Assembly: GCA_964016885.1 (NCBI GenBank)
Contig: OZ024741.1
Coordinates: 214,148,001 to 214,212,000 of the forward strand
Reading direction: 5' to 3'
DNA: 64,000 bases
Source of the DNA: Eledone cirrhosa
Taxonomy: Eukaryota
Shown: positions 62,480 through 64,000 of the stretch, one piece after another
Numbering within the stretch: the stretch's first letter is position 1
Layout of the letters: each line of letters opens with the position of its first letter
Position numbers and translations under genes: made by a program
Notes under the pieces: generated by a model
Database searches by the model: none
Told to the model about the DNA's origin: nothing
Seen by the model: the letters and a program-made list of their open reading frames with translations, nothing else

Positions 62480-62925
62480 GATCGTCTTCTTCTTCTTCTT
62501 TTTTTTCATTTTTCTTCTTCTTCTTCTTCTTCTTCTTCTTCTTCTTCTTCTTCTTCTTCTTCTTCTTCTTCTTCACCGCCCACTTATTCCCGTGAGGGTC
62601 GTGGGAGCAGAGTCCTCAAACAACACTTCCAGCAGGTCCTGTCAGAAGCAGCCGTCTCCAACTGGACCCCCAGGCGAGACCAACTAAACTCATGGATGTT
62701 ATCCAACCATCTTGCTCGGGGTCTACTTCTGGGTCTCCTGCCGTTTGGTTTTGCCAGTAAAATTTGTGCAGCGATTCTTTCCTGAGACATTCTACCCACA
62801 TACCCACAGTATCGGAGCTGTGATCTCTGAATTCGGAGAAGTAGTGTCTCTACCTTGAATCACTCTCTGATTTCCGGGTTACGCAATCTATCGAGTAACG
62901 TTACTCCAAAGACCCTTCAGAGGAA
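62480..62925 (-). mobile_element. 5'-truncated RTE-clade LINE 3' end with a (GAA)n tail
   Basis: GVTLLDRLRN..RSQLRY.G..GRMSQER..GRRPRSRPRARWLD..DRTCW; one internal stop; (TTC)n at 62480-62573. Confidence 0.75.
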
Positions 62926-63103
62926 CACCATGTCGGTCGCTTGTATTCGCGATAGTATTATTTCGGTTAAAGGGCACTCTAATTTTGAAAGCCAAATATT
63001 TGAAAAAAAATAATAATAAACAACCTTCTAGGAAGCATGGTAGATTTTTTAGACTTATTTTTAGGGAAAAAGTAGCGTCTTTAAAGCCGGGAAATACGGT
63101 AGT

Positions 63104-63187
63104 TAAATACATATCTGTACAGAATAAATACATATCTGTACAGAATAAATACATATCTGTACAGAATAAATACATATCTGTACAGAA
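63104..63187. repeat. 21-bp tandem repeat x4
   Basis: 'aaatacatatctgtacagaat'. Confidence 0.9.
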
Positions 63188-63303
63188 AAATATAAAACAT
63201 TTAGTCAAAGATATGTAGGTCTCTAAATAAATACAGTGGCATATGTTTACATTAGTTCTTTGTACGTATTTCTGCCCCCTCCCCCAGTAAAGATAGTTAA
63301 TAT

Positions 63304-63665
63304 TCTAAGGCGGGTAAAATTCCCGAGATTCATGGACGAGTTCTCTCCAGCGGTCTCTGTCCCTCATTATCGCTGCCATGTCCTGCGTCTCCAACAGACC
63401 AGTGTCTGTCCTTAGGGCATCAACATACGTTAACCTTGGTTTTCCTCTTCTAGTGTGTCCATTTAGGGGCTCCCAAAGGAGCACTGAGTGCAATATCAAC
63501 TCTGGATGTCGGTGAGCATGTCCAGCTAACCTCAGTCTCCTCTGTGTCACTTTTGATGGTGCTACACGAGAATGCTGAGGATGGCTCTGAACATTAATCA
63601 GTATACACTGAGGATGAAAAACTCAGAGCTGTATGGGAGCATCCCAAAAGTCAGCTCAAAAGTGA
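63304..63665 (-). mobile_element. RTE/RTE-X-like LINE 3' end with a 5' inversion and an 11-bp TSD
   Basis: Minus strand: QRRLRLAGH..LLWEP..GKPRLTYVD..DRDRW. Plus strand 63556-63665: CYTRMLRMALN..ELYGSIPKVSSKV. TSD ATAGTTAATAT at 63293 and 63666. Confidence 0.8.
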
Positions 63666-63726
63666 ATAGTTAATATATATATATATAGTAAGAATATTTT
63701 CGAAACAGCGAGCGGGTTTGAAATTA

Positions 63727-64000
63727 TTATAAATGTAAGCTATCGCCGTATTTTGACTAAAGAAATTAAAGAAATTATTTAGCCTGATAGTGGGGTTAAG
63801 AGCCCTCGGAGAAATGGAAAAAGGTGAGTATTGACGTACATGGGAGTCAAACCCACATCTTTGGTTATACATAGGTTCGACTCCCATGTACATGAATACT
63901 CATCTTTTTCCATTTCTCCGAGGGTTCTTAACGCCACTATCAGGCTAAATAATTTCTTTAATTTCTTTAGTCAAAATACGGTGAAAGCTTACATTTATAA
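63727..64000. repeat. Long imperfect palindrome centred at about 63863, running off the window edge
   Basis: 'ttgactaaagaaattaaagaaattatttagcctgatagtgg' is mirrored by 'ccactatcaggctaaataatttctttaatttctttagtcaa'. Confidence 0.85.

Noticed and set aside
62975-63102. Possible Tc1/pogo transposon end (gggaaatacgg|TA)
   Set aside because: No matching opposite TIR is identifiable in the window

Overview
Eukaryotic, extremely microsatellite-rich intergenic or intronic DNA. The (TA)n/(CA)n/(GA)n/(TAA)n density and the SINE families suggest a cephalopod (octopus-like) genome, but that is inference. No host protein-coding gene is confidently recognisable, and most entries in the ORF track are microsatellite artefacts. 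The window holds: two full-length Tx1/L1-clade non-LTR retrotransposons from different families (4.6-10.3 kb in (TATC)n, 21.7-27.8 kb in (TTA)n) plus an old Tx1 relic; two 5'-truncated R4/Dong-like restriction-like-endonuclease LINE ends in (TAA)n; two Penelope-like elements (RT + GIY-YIG) with inverted terminal copies in (TA)n; many small palindromic insertions carrying whole or half hammerhead ribozymes; two tRNA-type SINE families; non-autonomous Helitrons; a pogo/Tigger-like MITE; RTE-type LINE ends (one with a 5' inversion and TSD); minisatellites; and a 200-N gap. The most striking observation is that Tx1 ORF2 is bracketed by splice signals: a GTAAGT donor about 35-40 nt before ORF2 in both families, and in copy 1 a polypyrimidine-TAG|G acceptor that coincides with the ORF2 stop codon. 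This suggests ORF2 can be removed as an intron to give an ORF1-only mRNA.
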